Positions 1-10,133 of a stretch of 64,000 nucleotides of DNA are shown here, piece by piece. The translations under genes were made by a program, and so were the position numbers. This stretch comes from Promethearchaeota archaeon (GTDB lineage: Archaea > Asgardarchaeota > Thorarchaeia > Thorarchaeales > Thorarchaeaceae), in contig WJIL01000006.1 in assembly GCA_014730275.1 (NCBI GenBank), forward strand, positions 36,191 through 100,190, in the 5' to 3' direction. The notes under the pieces were generated by a model. It saw only the letters and a list, made by a program, of their open reading frames with translations, was not told the DNA's origin and searched no databases. Within the stretch, counting starts at the first letter, position 1; every line of letters begins with the position of its first letter.

Positions 1-2
1 CT

Positions 3-1538
3 GTTGCAGAAGCCATTGCCATCAAGCAAAACAGGATAGTAGCAGTAGGCTCAAATGAAGAAATTGGAGGACTCGTTGAGAAAGGCACCAAGACTCGAGA
101 TGTTCAAGGGTATAGTGTTATTCCGGGGTTGATCGATTCACATATGCACCCGGGCATGTATGGTATTGCCAAAACGGGAATCGATTGTGATACGTCATCT
201 ATGTCCGAGTTGCTTGAAAGTGTGAAGAGAAGGGCTCATGAAACACCTTCAGGCAAATGGGTCCTCGGTTCTGGCCTTGATGATATTAAACTCGGTCGAT
301 ATCCATCATTGAAGGAACTTGATGAAGCTTCGCCAGACAATCCAGTCTACATCGAGCGGCGGGATGCTCACATAGGCATAGTCAACAGTTTGGCGCTCCA
401 ACGTGCAGATATCGATGATAACACCCCAGACCCCCCACATGGAAAAATCGACAGAGACGAAAATGGTAAGCCTACGGGCGTTCTGAGAGAATCAGCAAAG
501 GACCTAGTCTACGAGAAGACTCCTGAGCCGACTGTGGAGGATTACAAGAAGGGACTAAAGCTGGTGATGGAAGAGTTCCTGACTCTGGGCATCACCACTA
601 TACATGCTTCTATGACTTGTACCAAGCAATTCAGAGCGTTCCAAGAATTGCGTCAAGAAGGGCGGCTCCCATTACGGGTTTGCATGCATATGTCGGGAGA
701 CGATGAAGGAATCCTTGAATCTCTTATTGCAACTGGAATCCAAACGCCTTTTGGTGATGACTGGCTGAAGATTACAGAAATCGAATGGATTTTCGACACA
801 AGCACGAGTGGACGTACTGCAGCATATTATGAGCCATATATTGATGAACCGGATAACACCGGTATTTTGCTCTACGATCAGGATGACATAACAGAGAGAG
901 TGAAAAAAGCACATGATGCAGGGTTGAGAGTGGGGCTTGACGGAATCGGTGACAGGGGAATAGATAGGGCACTAGATGCAATTGAAGCAGCGTTAGAAGA
1001 GCACCCGCGAGATGACCACCGCCATAGGATAGAGCATTGCTGCTACGCTACACCTGCAATTCAATCTAGACTAAAAGAGCTTGGAGTTATCGATGCTTCA
1101 GCAACTGGTTTTCTTCATGACTTGGGTGATGCCTATCAAGCCAATAGAGGAAAGGATGCAATGCAGTGGATGTGGCCCCATCGATCGCTCATAGATAAGG
1201 GGATTCCTGCCCCAGGTCATAGTGATTGCCCGATATGTTCACCTAATCCGTGGCTAGGAATCTACGGAATGGTCACTCGCAAAACCAGCAGTGGACAAGT
1301 CCTGCACCGTGAAGAGGGCGTTACTCCACTAGAGGGAATTGAGGCATACACAAGACTCGGGGCCTATTCAGCATGGGAAGAAACTGAAAAGGGAACGATT
1401 GAAGAGGGCAGACTTGCAGACGTTGTTGTTATTGACAGGAACCCATTGGAAGTCCCAATAGACGAACTGAGAAATACAAAGACACTTCTTACAATCGTAG
1501 ATGGCAAGATTGCATACGATAGACTCCAAGAACACTAG
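3..1538 (+). CDS. Amidohydrolase-family metal-dependent hydrolase (amidohydrolase 3 / YtcJ-like); 5' end truncated by window edge
   Basis: Frame 3 is open from position 3. N-terminal 'IAVGSNEEI...VIPGLIDSHMHPG' matches the amidohydrolase-3 N-terminus; C-terminal metal-ligand region 'GSDCPICSP...' and 'DRALDAIEAALEEH...HRIEHCC'. Confidence 0.8.
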   Translation, partial: VAEAIAIKQNRIVAVGSNEEIGGLVEKGTKTRDVQGYSVIPGLIDSHMHPGMYGIAKTGIDCDTSSMSELLESVKRRAHETPSGKWVLGSGLDDIKLGRYPSLKELDEASPDNPVYIERRDAHIGIVNSLALQRADIDDNTPDPPHGKIDRDENGKPTGVLRESAKDLVYEKTPEPTVEDYKKGLKLVMEEFLTLGITTIHASMTCTKQFRAFQELRQEGRLPLRVCMHMSGDDEGILESLIATGIQTPFGDDWLKITEIEWIFDTSTSGRTAAYYEPYIDEPDNTGILLYDQDDITERVKKAHDAGLRVGLDGIGDRGIDRALDAIEAALEEHPRDDHRHRIEHCCYATPAIQSRLKELGVIDASATGFLHDLGDAYQANRGKDAMQWMWPHRSLIDKGIPAPGHSDCPICSPNPWLGIYGMVTRKTSSGQVLHREEGVTPLEGIEAYTRLGAYSAWEETEKGTIEEGRLADVVVIDRNPLEVPIDELRNTKTLLTIVDGKIAYDRLQEH

Positions 1539-1741
1539 ATTCCAATCCTACGAGCTCGTGCCTAGCTGGTTCAAATCACAATAAAGAGCAGTTCTACTCC
1601 TTTTTGGTCTATCTCAAGGCAGAGAATATCCATAAAGAGCGATTATGGTTTTTAGGGCGCTTTTTAGAAAATCAAAAACAAATGTGAGGTGCCTTTAGAG
1701 TTATTAAGGTTCATTTCTTACGAGACATAGAGTGAACTTTG

Positions 1742-2014
1742 ATGGCCGCAGAACGTGAAGATTTCACAGAATACGACTACTATTCAGAAGCGAAAGTGTT
1801 AGAAGAAAAAGGTGAAGATGAGAAGGCACTTGAGGCGTATCAGAAGGCTGTCGAGTTGGACCCTGAATACGCTGAAGCATGGTTCTACAAAGCCAAACTG
1901 CATCACAAGCTAGGGCAAAAAAAAGAAGCAATCGAATGTGCAAAGAAAGCACTAGAAATAGAGCCAGATTGGGAAGATCACGTCCAAGAATTTCTGCCTG
2001 ATCTGAGTGCGTAG
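1742..2014 (+). CDS. Small TPR-repeat protein
   Basis: 'ALEAYQKAVELDPEYAEAWFYKAKLHHKLGQKKEAIECAKKALEIEP' is a canonical TPR signature. The ORF-track start is TTG at 1739; ATG at 1742 preferred. Confidence 0.6.
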   Translation: MAAEREDFTEYDYYSEAKVLEEKGEDEKALEAYQKAVELDPEYAEAWFYKAKLHHKLGQKKEAIECAKKALEIEPDWEDHVQEFLPDLSA

Positions 2015-2018
2015 ACAG

Positions 2019-2468
2019 CTACTCCAAGGCTGCTGATGCCTCGGGGTACAGGAGTACGTATACAGCCTGTTCAAGTGTGAGAATCTGCTTATTAACCCAC
2101 TGCATGACCATATCCACGTTTTCCCGAGAGGATATCTTCTCAAGAGCATCTAGAGTTGGTTTTCGACACTCTGGATACTCGAGTAGGGCCTCGATTGTCT
2201 GAACAAGAATCATTTGCCTGACATCGGAACCGGTCTGGGTGAGCCAATAGAGGATATTTCTTTGATTTGCATCCTCAACATTTGTTCTCGCGGCCGCCTC
2301 ATGGAGGGTTTCTGATATCTGTTTTCCAGCCTCGCCTTCCTGCATATCTTCCAGTTCGCTCTTGATTATTGTCACCAAAGCTTCCGTGACTTCCGGATCG
2401 CATAAGAGCATATCAACAAGGTCTGTTCGAGCCTTCATGGGACCACCAGAGCCATTTTCTTGGGTCAA
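2019..2468 (-). CDS. Hypothetical protein (acidic, helical)
   Basis: 149-aa ORF with no overlap with neighbours; no recognisable motifs. Confidence 0.4.
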   Translation of the reverse strand: MTQENGSGGPMKARTDLVDMLLCDPEVTEALVTIIKSELEDMQEGEAGKQISETLHEAAARTNVEDANQRNILYWLTQTGSDVRQMILVQTIEALLEYPECRKPTLDALEKISSRENVDMVMQWVNKQILTLEQAVYVLLYPEASAALE

Positions 2469-2602
2469 GCAATCACTCCCTATACTGTGTTCTTAGCCTA
2501 TATGGATTTGAGCGGGTTACTATTTATTGTTTGTTCGGTTATAGGGCATATGGAATGTCGCTTTTAGGAGGATATAAAGGAAAAATCGGGTGAGCTGATT
2601 TC

Positions 2603-3358
2603 TTACATTATCTCCTTCAGTTCGCTGAATGAGCTGATAACAAAGGTTGGCTCCACACCGTATTTTCTCTGATTCTGTTCCAAAGCATCATCTCTATTGT
2701 TTATCCAAACAACGGCAAGTCCAGCTCGGATCGCGCCAACGACATCTGCATAAAACTCGTCCCCTATGTAGAGCGTATTTTCTTTGTTTACGCTCAACTT
2801 CGCTAGAGCAAATTCGAATGGCTCAGGCATGGGTTTGAAAGCGTTATAGTCGCTGCTATCAGCAATAAGAGAGAAATAGTGGTCGAGGTTCAACTTGGAG
2901 AGAATCTTCTTTGCATTCCCCTGAAACGAATTCGTGATAACACCCAGCTTGATACCTTTGGTCTTCAAAGAATCAAGAATTGCCGTAAGCCCATCTGTTG
3001 GACTGGCATACTCAACATGGAGTTTTCTGAACATAGCAAGACCGTCTTGTAGGATCTCATCTACCGGTTCGATGTTGAATTCCTTGAGAGAGGTAGTTAG
3101 TGCATCTCGTACACAATCGATAGGACGTTTGAATTTCCCACCACCTGCTATGGTGGATATCTCATTATGGTACCTTTCGACTAATACATCTATGAAATCC
3201 TCAAGGATTCCACACCAATTGCGGGTTGATTGACGCAGAATCCACTTGCTTGCATCAATTGCATATGCCCCTGTATCGAGTATGGTTGAATCGAGGTCGA
3301 ACAATATGGCATTGTATCTATCAAGTCTGAATTCCGACAAACGCAGCTCAGTCTCCAA
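2603..3358 (-). CDS. HAD-superfamily hydrolase (haloacid dehalogenase-like phosphatase)
   Basis: Motif I 'ILFDLDSTILDT' (DxD), motif III 'GVITNS', motif IV 'IGDEFYADVVGAIRAGL'. Confidence 0.75.
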   Translation of the reverse strand: METELRLSEFRLDRYNAILFDLDSTILDTGAYAIDASKWILRQSTRNWCGILEDFIDVLVERYHNEISTIAGGGKFKRPIDCVRDALTTSLKEFNIEPVDEILQDGLAMFRKLHVEYASPTDGLTAILDSLKTKGIKLGVITNSFQGNAKKILSKLNLDHYFSLIADSSDYNAFKPMPEPFEFALAKLSVNKENTLYIGDEFYADVVGAIRAGLAVVWINNRDDALEQNQRKYGVEPTFVISSFSELKEIM

Positions 3359-3361
3359 TGA

Positions 3362-4144
3362 TTAGTCTCTCAGCGGTGCACCCTTCCCGAGGTAAATACC
3401 ATTTGGATCAAGGCGGTGCATGATATCAATTTGTTCCTGTGTAGGTTCTTCTGTCACAGGTACGTCACTCGGGACTATCAAATCGAACATGACATTGTCT
3501 AGGACTTCCTCGGCAGTATAGCCCGGGTGTACTGATTTCAGTCTTATTTTCAAAGTAGTCGGGTCAAAATCCATCTGACACATGTCCGTGATTACAACTT
3601 CAGGACCACCACCGACCAACGACCACTTCTCACGTGAACCAGGGCCTTCAAGATGGCCAGGACTTGTCATGTAGTCCAACTCCTTGACGAACTTTCGCTT
3701 ATCATGCGTCATCATAATGACGATTCGTTTGGCTGAGGACGCGATGTCATTGCCACCCCCGCTTCCAGGTAATTTCACCTTAGGCTTATCATAGCTCCCG
3801 ATGTAGCTCGTATTCAAGTTGCCATACTCATCTATCTGGGCAGCTCCCAGGAAACCTACATCCACTCTACCTGCCTGTAGGATGAAACCAAGAGTCTCTA
3901 TGAGGCCAATAGATGCGGAGCTTCCATAGTGATAGCGAGAATCGGCAACTGAGAGTGGAACATTTCGGGGTCTCGCATCTATGAAGCCAGCTTCCGAAAT
4001 AAGCTTCATTTTTGGAGCGTGTGTTTCTTTTGCCAAAAGAGCTGCAAGCAACGGTAACCCTGTACCGCCAAACACAAATTCTCTGTCCCGTACTTGTCGG
4101 GAAGCACATGCTGCAAGGAATTCGATTCTAGTATATTCGACCAT
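3362..4144 (-). CDS. CoA-transferase subunit B (3-oxoacid/glutaconate CoA-transferase family I, beta)
   Basis: 'FVFGGTGLPLLAALLAKETHAPKMKLISEAG' and 'SGGGNDIASSAKRIVIMMTH' are typical of family-I CoA transferase B subunits; paired with an A subunit immediately upstream. Confidence 0.75.
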   Translation of the reverse strand: MVEYTRIEFLAACASRQVRDREFVFGGTGLPLLAALLAKETHAPKMKLISEAGFIDARPRNVPLSVADSRYHYGSSASIGLIETLGFILQAGRVDVGFLGAAQIDEYGNLNTSYIGSYDKPKVKLPGSGGGNDIASSAKRIVIMMTHDKRKFVKELDYMTSPGHLEGPGSREKWSLVGGGPEVVITDMCQMDFDPTTLKIRLKSVHPGYTAEEVLDNVMFDLIVPSDVPVTEEPTQEQIDIMHRLDPNGIYLGKGAPLRD

Positions 4145-4145
4145 C

Positions 4146-5063
4146 TTAGTACCCCCATGGTTTTTTCGCTTTGAGCTCCATGAGACGATCCCATCCCACG
4201 AGATTTAGATACTCCATATGATTTTCCACACCCAGTATGTATTTCTCTAGGTATTCCTGCCATCCTTCTTCTGTCTTGCTCATTTTGTGGAACAACTGCA
4301 GAAATTCCAGATCGTAGTCGTAGTAATTGTGACACTGCATGGGATGGGCAGCGAATGGAAGGATTACCACATGATCTACATACATCGAGGGAATATTTGT
4401 TCGGTCTGGCGAAGCCCTAACCTCTGGCTCGTCAATCAGCTCTTCAGCCAGAACAATCAGCTTCTTGCCGCACCTTGAGCCCTCTATATCCTCGCCTACT
4501 ATCCCATCGATTTGTGCATTGCCAGTTCTGTCTACACGTTGAACATGTACAATACTGAAATCAGGTTGTAGAGATGGCACCAGGCAAATCTTTTCACCCG
4601 TAAATGGACAGTCAATAACTGCGAGTTTCTTGTCACCCCTATATCGGGATAATCGCACCATATCGGTACCCATCAGACTCCGTATCGGCATGAAAGGAAC
4701 GTTTAGAGCCCCACCGTAGAATCGCAATGCCATTGCAAGATTGCTGTAGTCCTCAACTTCTACCGCACCCTCAGCCACACGCCGTCGCATATTGTAGCCC
4801 AGTCCAAGAGCCTCAATCGCCTCGAAAGCAATCTCGAACCGATTTGCCACCCCAGCACCAGCCATGACCTCCAAATCAACTTCAGAACCGCATGTATGAA
4901 TCGTTATGTTGCGTTTCTTCTGCCGCACCAGTTCATAGGCAAATGCAATGGGCGGTCTTTGGTACCCGAAGCCTCCCCAAAACATGTCTGAACCATCGGG
5001 AACCTTCTGAGCAGCCTCTTCCAGTGTCAGTCGTTTGTCTTCAATCTCAGATTCTGTCATCAT
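4146..5063 (-). CDS. CoA-transferase subunit A (family I, alpha)
   Basis: 'MFWGGFGYQRPPIAFAYELVRQKKRNITIHTCGS' resembles GctA/AtoD N-terminus; 2-nt spacing to the B subunit. Confidence 0.75.
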   Translation of the reverse strand: MMTESEIEDKRLTLEEAAQKVPDGSDMFWGGFGYQRPPIAFAYELVRQKKRNITIHTCGSEVDLEVMAGAGVANRFEIAFEAIEALGLGYNMRRRVAEGAVEVEDYSNLAMALRFYGGALNVPFMPIRSLMGTDMVRLSRYRGDKKLAVIDCPFTGEKICLVPSLQPDFSIVHVQRVDRTGNAQIDGIVGEDIEGSRCGKKLIVLAEELIDEPEVRASPDRTNIPSMYVDHVVILPFAAHPMQCHNYYDYDLEFLQLFHKMSKTEEGWQEYLEKYILGVENHMEYLNLVGWDRLMELKAKKPWGY

Positions 5064-5221
5064 CTCACCCAGTTTTCACCAGCGAATACCTTGCAACGTT
5101 ACGGAGCCGACCTTTTATCTCTGACTCCTAGCTGCCAGAATTTTGCCCTTGGAAATGGCTCTTGTTCGCGCACATGACCTACGTAAAAGCTCTATATACG
5201 GGAATGTAGCACCGATACGGT

Positions 5222-5851
5222 ATGTCAATCATCAATCGCGTAAAGGAATCAGACCTTCCAAACAAGATTGGTTTCATAGCACCCATTATTTCTCTCTCAT
5301 GCATTGGATTAGCGATTCTACTGTCTCCAGGTTTTACGTGGATAGGCAACGCGCTGAGCGATTTGGGCCATTATACCAGAACAGATCTGGGACCATACCA
5401 ACTCTATGCAGCAGTGATATTCAATGTGGGACTGACACTAACAGGCTTGCTCATGCTCTATTTCACATTGTATTTGCTACGGCGGATTACAGAGCCAGCA
5501 ATGAAAATAGCCCTCAGCATTTTCGTGATTTCATGCATATTTCTCACTGCAATCGGCATTTTTTCCGAGAATTTCAGTCCAACGCATTACATCGTTTCTG
5601 TGGGCTTCTTCCTCACATTTCCATTCGCTATGTGGGCGTTAGGACTAGGCTGGCTCCGATTCCCCAAAAAGAGACTCTTCGCAGTCATATCATTGCTTCT
5701 GCCATTCGTCTCGCTTTACATGTGGAGTCAGCCATGGGATGGTGTGGCAATACCAGAGATTGTAACAGCTTTGTCTGCCATAATCTGGATTTGGATAATC
5801 GACTGGCTGCATGTTTCTGGTTCATTATCTGAATTTGACAAAAAAAGTTGA
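5222..5851 (+). CDS. Polytopic membrane protein (DUF998-like?)
   Basis: ATG start; ~6 hydrophobic helices ('FIAPIISLSCIGLAILLSPGF', 'LYAAVIFNVGLTLTGLLMLYFTLYLL'...). Chosen over the overlapping frame 5143..5832, which lacks coherent features. Confidence 0.5.
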   Translation: MSIINRVKESDLPNKIGFIAPIISLSCIGLAILLSPGFTWIGNALSDLGHYTRTDLGPYQLYAAVIFNVGLTLTGLLMLYFTLYLLRRITEPAMKIALSIFVISCIFLTAIGIFSENFSPTHYIVSVGFFLTFPFAMWALGLGWLRFPKKRLFAVISLLLPFVSLYMWSQPWDGVAIPEIVTALSAIIWIWIIDWLHVSGSLSEFDKKS

Positions 5852-5934
5852 GTTAAACCACAGGATGATAGCCCTCAATACAGTTATATCAAATCAATCC
5901 TACCGTTATTGACAATTATCTGGAGACGTATGTG

Positions 5935-6264
5935 ATGCCGAAGAAACAAACTACCAAAATAGCCGAGATTTTGATTGCGCTCGGCGGACTCGTTGGGCTA
6001 CTCTATGGAATCCTTGAAGTCCTGAACATGGGGCTTGCTGTTTTTTCTCCTCTTGGAGGCGTTCTTGGTTCCCTCATTACAGGAATCATAGCAATTGTGA
6101 TTTCACTCGTTGTCTTGGCCACAAGTGGAGTAGTAGATATTCCTTCCTTGAAAATGGAGAAGAACGTGGTAGTAATCATTGTACTAGGAGTCCTTCTTTT
6201 TCTTTTTGCAGCCGACTTGGCAGGAGCCCTTGTGATTATTGGCGCAATCCTGATGCTATTGTAA
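5935..6264 (+). CDS. Small glycine-zipper membrane protein (paralog 1)
   Basis: 'MPKKQTTKIAEILIALGGLVGLLYGILEVLNMG...SLKMEKNVVVIIVLGVLLFLFA'; paralogous to 6544..6891. ATG at 5935 preferred over GTG at 5932. Confidence 0.5.
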   Translation: MPKKQTTKIAEILIALGGLVGLLYGILEVLNMGLAVFSPLGGVLGSLITGIIAIVISLVVLATSGVVDIPSLKMEKNVVVIIVLGVLLFLFAADLAGALVIIGAILMLL

Positions 6265-6543
6265 AGATATAGATGCTCACACCTAGCTGCAGGCCAATGC
6301 CGTCAGCTCGTCTTCGTTTGGATTAGCTGTTCCATGCGATTGTAAAAGCCCTATCCACCGAAATCTGGATTAGGGTATCAATTGGCTTCACGTTTATTTC
6401 AGTATGTCAGAATTTGAAAGCAGCAGCCATCGTGAATCTGAAGCTAAAATCCAACGCTTCATGATGGCTATATCGCGAGGGCAACAGAATTTTATTGAGG
6501 GTATAGATAGAATAACAACAGAAGGCATTTGGAGAGAGTTGTA

Positions 6544-6891
6544 ATGTCTCAGAAACCAACTCAAGAATTTGGCAATCTCCTGGTCGTGATGGGTGGAATC
6601 ATTGGGCTCATTTACGGGCTTCTGGATATACTTGGTTGGGGAACTTCTATAGCTGGAGAGTTCTCTATTCTAGGCCCGATTCTAGGCCCTGCAGCCAACA
6701 TAGTATTGGGAATCGTTGGCATTGTGGTTGCTCTTATCATCCTAGCAACCAGTGGAATGGTTGATATTCCTGCACTCAAAATGGAAAAGAACTGGATCAT
6801 TCTTGTGATCCTGGGAATCGTTTTGGCCATTCTTGACGCTTACATACCAGGAATTATCGTCATTATCGGTGCTCTCTTGACGGTAGTATAA
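6544..6891 (+). CDS. Small glycine-zipper membrane protein (paralog 2)
   Basis: 'MSQKPTQEFGNLLVVMGGIIGLIYGLLDILGWG...PALKMEKNWIILVILGIVLAIL'; same architecture and conserved 'LKMEKN' motif as the upstream paralog. ORF track starts at TTG 6529. Confidence 0.5.
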   Translation: MSQKPTQEFGNLLVVMGGIIGLIYGLLDILGWGTSIAGEFSILGPILGPAANIVLGIVGIVVALIILATSGMVDIPALKMEKNWIILVILGIVLAILDAYIPGIIVIIGALLTVV

Positions 6892-6900
6892 AGTAACGCT

Positions 6901-6953
6901 CGCTCATGCCAGTGGTCTATAGCCATAGCATGAGCGACTTCTTTTTTTTTTCT
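6901..6953 (+). terminator. Hairpin + oligo-T terminator-like element downstream of 6544..6891
   Basis: 9-bp inverted repeat cgctcatgc(6901-6909)/gcatgagcg(6928-6936), followed by a run of ~11 T (6939-6953). Confidence 0.45.
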
Positions 6954-6998
6954 GACGAAGCCAATATCACAATTGTAAGAACAATAGTGATAGAGCCA

Positions 6999-8315
6999 CT
7001 AGATTAGCTGATCCATTAGCTCGAGAAGCTCTACAACCTCAAGCTTCGAACCAATGGCCGAGAGATCTTTGCCAGTTTCCTTTTCTTCCTCTTGTAACGC
7101 TTCGATAGCGTCATTAAAATTGGTCACGCAGAATGGACAGCTGGTCATTAAAACTTCTGCGCCCGTTGAGGCAGCTTCCTTAACGCGTTCCTTTGCTGTT
7201 TCAAGTGCCATATCGGGGAACTGGGTTTTTACACCGCCTCCGGCACCACAGCAGAAGCTATCGCCTTTGATCCGATACATCTCTCGGAAATCGATACCAG
7301 GGATTGCACGAATGACCTCTCTTGGTCGCTCATACCAAGCTTCTTTGGCTTTTGCAGCCTTTCTACTGTCTATAAGCCAGTTATCTGACTCGTCTAGCAT
7401 GCGGTGTTCGATATCAAGGCCAATGTGCCTGATGGTGTGACAGGGGTCATGCCAGGTCACCTTTTTCTCATAGGGTGTCTCGATTTCGAGTTCTCCCTCC
7501 TGAATCATATCATGCACAATATCAAGCGTATGTGCAACCTTGAATGGGAGAGGATTTCCACTCTGTTTAGGATAATCAACGCGGAAAGTCCGATAGCACC
7601 CAGCACATGAAAAGGTTAGCAAATCGAAATCCTTGAACATCTCAAGATTCTCGTTCATGACTTTCTTGAAGGTATCTTTCTGACCGGTCCGTAGGATTGG
7701 TGAACCACAGCACACTTCATCTGAAAGAACGGTGAAGTTGACTCCAAGTTTTTCCAAAATGCTGGCTGTGTGTTTTGCAATGTCTTGTTGTCTATATGCA
7801 CCTGTACAGCCGACATAGTAGGCAACATCAGCATTCTTGAGATCCACTTCCCCATCATACCAGGCTATGCGTTCTTCTCTGGCTTCATTGTAGGGATTGC
7901 GCTTGTCTTCTTCGAGGACCCGATCATTGATGACCTTGTGGCGTTTCAGTGGTTCAACACCATCTTCCAGAATCGCAGCTCGAAGTTCCTCAATCACATC
8001 GACAGTTTCAATGTAATTCTCACACTGTTCTGCGCAGAGGCCACAGGTCGTGCAGGCTTCCATAACCTCCAGCATCTCCTGGCTAGGTTTGAGGTCTCCT
8101 TCAAGATACGCTCGGGCCATCCACATTTTCCCGCTGTTGTAGTAGCCCTCCCAGCCATAGAAATTGCCGCCCGGGCATGATAGCATCATGCCGGTATATT
8201 CTTCGGTTTCGCCTTCTCTGTCAGGTTCATCTGCGTAAGCATACTGACAGGCACGACAGTGTATGCATCGTGCATTTATGTCTCGTAGTTCCTCTAAGCT
8301 TGTCATAGCTTCCAC
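6999..8315 (-). CDS. Fe-S oxidoreductase, GlcF/HdrD-like (2x[4Fe-4S] ferredoxin motifs + two CCG domains)
   Basis: 'CIHCRACQYAY' and 'CTTCGLCAEQCEN' ferredoxin-type clusters; CCG motifs 'CCGSPILRTGQ' and 'CCGAGGGVKTQFPD'. Start is GTG 8315 or ATG 8306. Confidence 0.75.
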   Translation of the reverse strand: MEAMTSLEELRDINARCIHCRACQYAYADEPDREGETEEYTGMMLSCPGGNFYGWEGYYNSGKMWMARAYLEGDLKPSQEMLEVMEACTTCGLCAEQCENYIETVDVIEELRAAILEDGVEPLKRHKVINDRVLEEDKRNPYNEAREERIAWYDGEVDLKNADVAYYVGCTGAYRQQDIAKHTASILEKLGVNFTVLSDEVCCGSPILRTGQKDTFKKVMNENLEMFKDFDLLTFSCAGCYRTFRVDYPKQSGNPLPFKVAHTLDIVHDMIQEGELEIETPYEKKVTWHDPCHTIRHIGLDIEHRMLDESDNWLIDSRKAAKAKEAWYERPREVIRAIPGIDFREMYRIKGDSFCCGAGGGVKTQFPDMALETAKERVKEAASTGAEVLMTSCPFCVTNFNDAIEALQEEEKETGKDLSAIGSKLEVVELLELMDQLI

Positions 8316-8381
8316 CGTCCGTTCTGGATATTCGTCTCCCTTTCACCAGTTACTTTTTGAAACTTATGTTCTGTCATGATT

Positions 8382-9899
8382 TCATTCCTCCAAAGGATTC
8401 GGCAGGTCAGTTACAGTTCCCCACGGTATAGCTAGGCGACCCGGATGTAGAATCAGATTCGGATCCAGGACCTTACGGAACTTCACCAGCATCTTGTAGT
8501 AGTCCTTCGCTTTGCTGAAGGTCTCTGGGGCATGGACAAACGGATCAGGTCTATAATTGATCCAGCCCTGTTTCAGAAAGCTCTTCGTCGTCTCAAGATT
8601 GAACTGCCGTATTTTGTCATAGATGCCTTCCTCGGTGCTATCAAAGCAGAGAATTGGCATGACGATTGCTTGTCTGGCATGATCTATGGAGGCCACCCAC
8701 ATTGTTGGTGGGAAACCATATTCTTCCATTTTCGCACAATACTCCTCCATCATTCGGGGAGCTTCCAACCATGGGACATACCACGTGATGAACAAGAAGC
8801 CAGCCTGATAGAGACCATATGGTACTGCTATCAGATTTGGTTTTTTCAACCGAGACGCAATCTGTTTCGGATGCAAGTCCTGCTTTGGGCATTTAGTGTT
8901 CTCTCTGAGCTCGTAATCCTTGTAGATTTCATCAATCCGTTCCAAGGTGAAGTTGAGCTCCTCTTCAGAATGAGCCCAGATTTCGGTATTCATCCAGTAT
9001 TCGTCAATGCCAATCTTGTCATAAAACTTGTAATCCTGTGGAATGTTCCCCTTTGGCCACCTTGTCATCACAAGCGGCCAGTTACCACCTTGTACCATAA
9101 CGGTATTGTCGGAGATACCCATCTCATGTTTAGCTATCTCCCATACTGGCTCTACAATGTGATCCCAGCTATCACCACCATAAGCTACAATTGTCTTATG
9201 ATGAGGATGTGGAACAATCTTTACAGCAGCCTTGGTAACGATTCCCATTGAGCCCTGTGAGCCAAGGAACAGACCATCAGGGTTTGGTCCAATCCCCCAC
9301 CTGTAGTAGGCTTTCGCTCCATCAAGAGCCCAAGAGCCTGTTCTGAAAATTTGACCATCAGGTAGGACGACCTCGAGGCCCATGATCATATCGGCCTGTG
9401 GACCATATCTAGCAGTAACGAGAGAGAAACCTCGTTCAATGGCGTCACCCAAAATGGTTGCACCCGGTGGTGCTCCATCTGGAATGGGTGGTGCCCATTC
9501 GGGCCATTTCTTTTTGAATATCCTCCATGCATCACCACATTTGACACCAGGTTCAACCACCATGACGCGGTTTTCCGGGTCAACTTCCAGGCGATTCATG
9601 CGAGCCATATCCATCAAGATCCCTCCAGGTTCAATTGCTGGAAGGGCGAACCCACCACTCAAACCACCTGCTGCAGGTGTTACTGGACTCAGGTTATCAT
9701 TGGCCACTTGTAGAATACCAGCAACTTCTTCGACGTTACCTGGTCGGACAATTACTTCGGGAAGTTCTGCTTCCAAACCCATGATTCCCTTTGCCATGTA
9801 ACTGTAGCGCAACGGTTCGCTATCTGTGACATATTCCTCACCGCATATGGATTCCAACTTCTTAACTTCGGCATCAGTTATTTTGTTGTATTCAGTCAT
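8382..9899 (-). CDS. FAD-linked oxidase (GlcD / D-lactate dehydrogenase-like, FAD-binding PCMH domain)
   Basis: N-terminal FAD_binding_4-like region 'VIVRPGNVEEVAGILQVANDN...PAAGGLSGG'; size and adjacency to a GlcF-like Fe-S subunit. Confidence 0.75.
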   Translation of the reverse strand: MTEYNKITDAEVKKLESICGEEYVTDSEPLRYSYMAKGIMGLEAELPEVIVRPGNVEEVAGILQVANDNLSPVTPAAGGLSGGFALPAIEPGGILMDMARMNRLEVDPENRVMVVEPGVKCGDAWRIFKKKWPEWAPPIPDGAPPGATILGDAIERGFSLVTARYGPQADMIMGLEVVLPDGQIFRTGSWALDGAKAYYRWGIGPNPDGLFLGSQGSMGIVTKAAVKIVPHPHHKTIVAYGGDSWDHIVEPVWEIAKHEMGISDNTVMVQGGNWPLVMTRWPKGNIPQDYKFYDKIGIDEYWMNTEIWAHSEEELNFTLERIDEIYKDYELRENTKCPKQDLHPKQIASRLKKPNLIAVPYGLYQAGFLFITWYVPWLEAPRMMEEYCAKMEEYGFPPTMWVASIDHARQAIVMPILCFDSTEEGIYDKIRQFNLETTKSFLKQGWINYRPDPFVHAPETFSKAKDYYKMLVKFRKVLDPNLILHPGRLAIPWGTVTDLPNPLEE

Positions 9900-10133
9900 C
9901 TATTCAAAGTCTCCATCGCCACGCATTTTGTCCATAGTGTAATGGAACAAAGAAGGCGCGCAATAAATAGGCATCGCATTTTGGTTACTTGTCGCGCTGA
10001 AATCATACATGGTAATTGAAGAAATAGAACAAATCCGTGTTGGTACGACCATTGTAGACAGCAACAAGCTGTAGAATCCTCAACAATGAAGCTTAATTCC
10101 CGCCCTTACACCTTCTTATGTAGGTGAGTTTGT

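Noticed and set aside
5143-5832. 229-aa ORF in an alternative + frame overlapping the membrane protein 5222..5851
   Set aside because: Cys/His/Arg-rich translation with no motif. The 5222 frame gives a coherent multi-TM protein with an ATG start.
8532-9251. 239-aa + strand ORF inside the GlcD-like gene (antisense)
   Set aside because: Fully embedded in a well-supported - strand CDS with conserved FAD-oxidase motifs; no independent signals.
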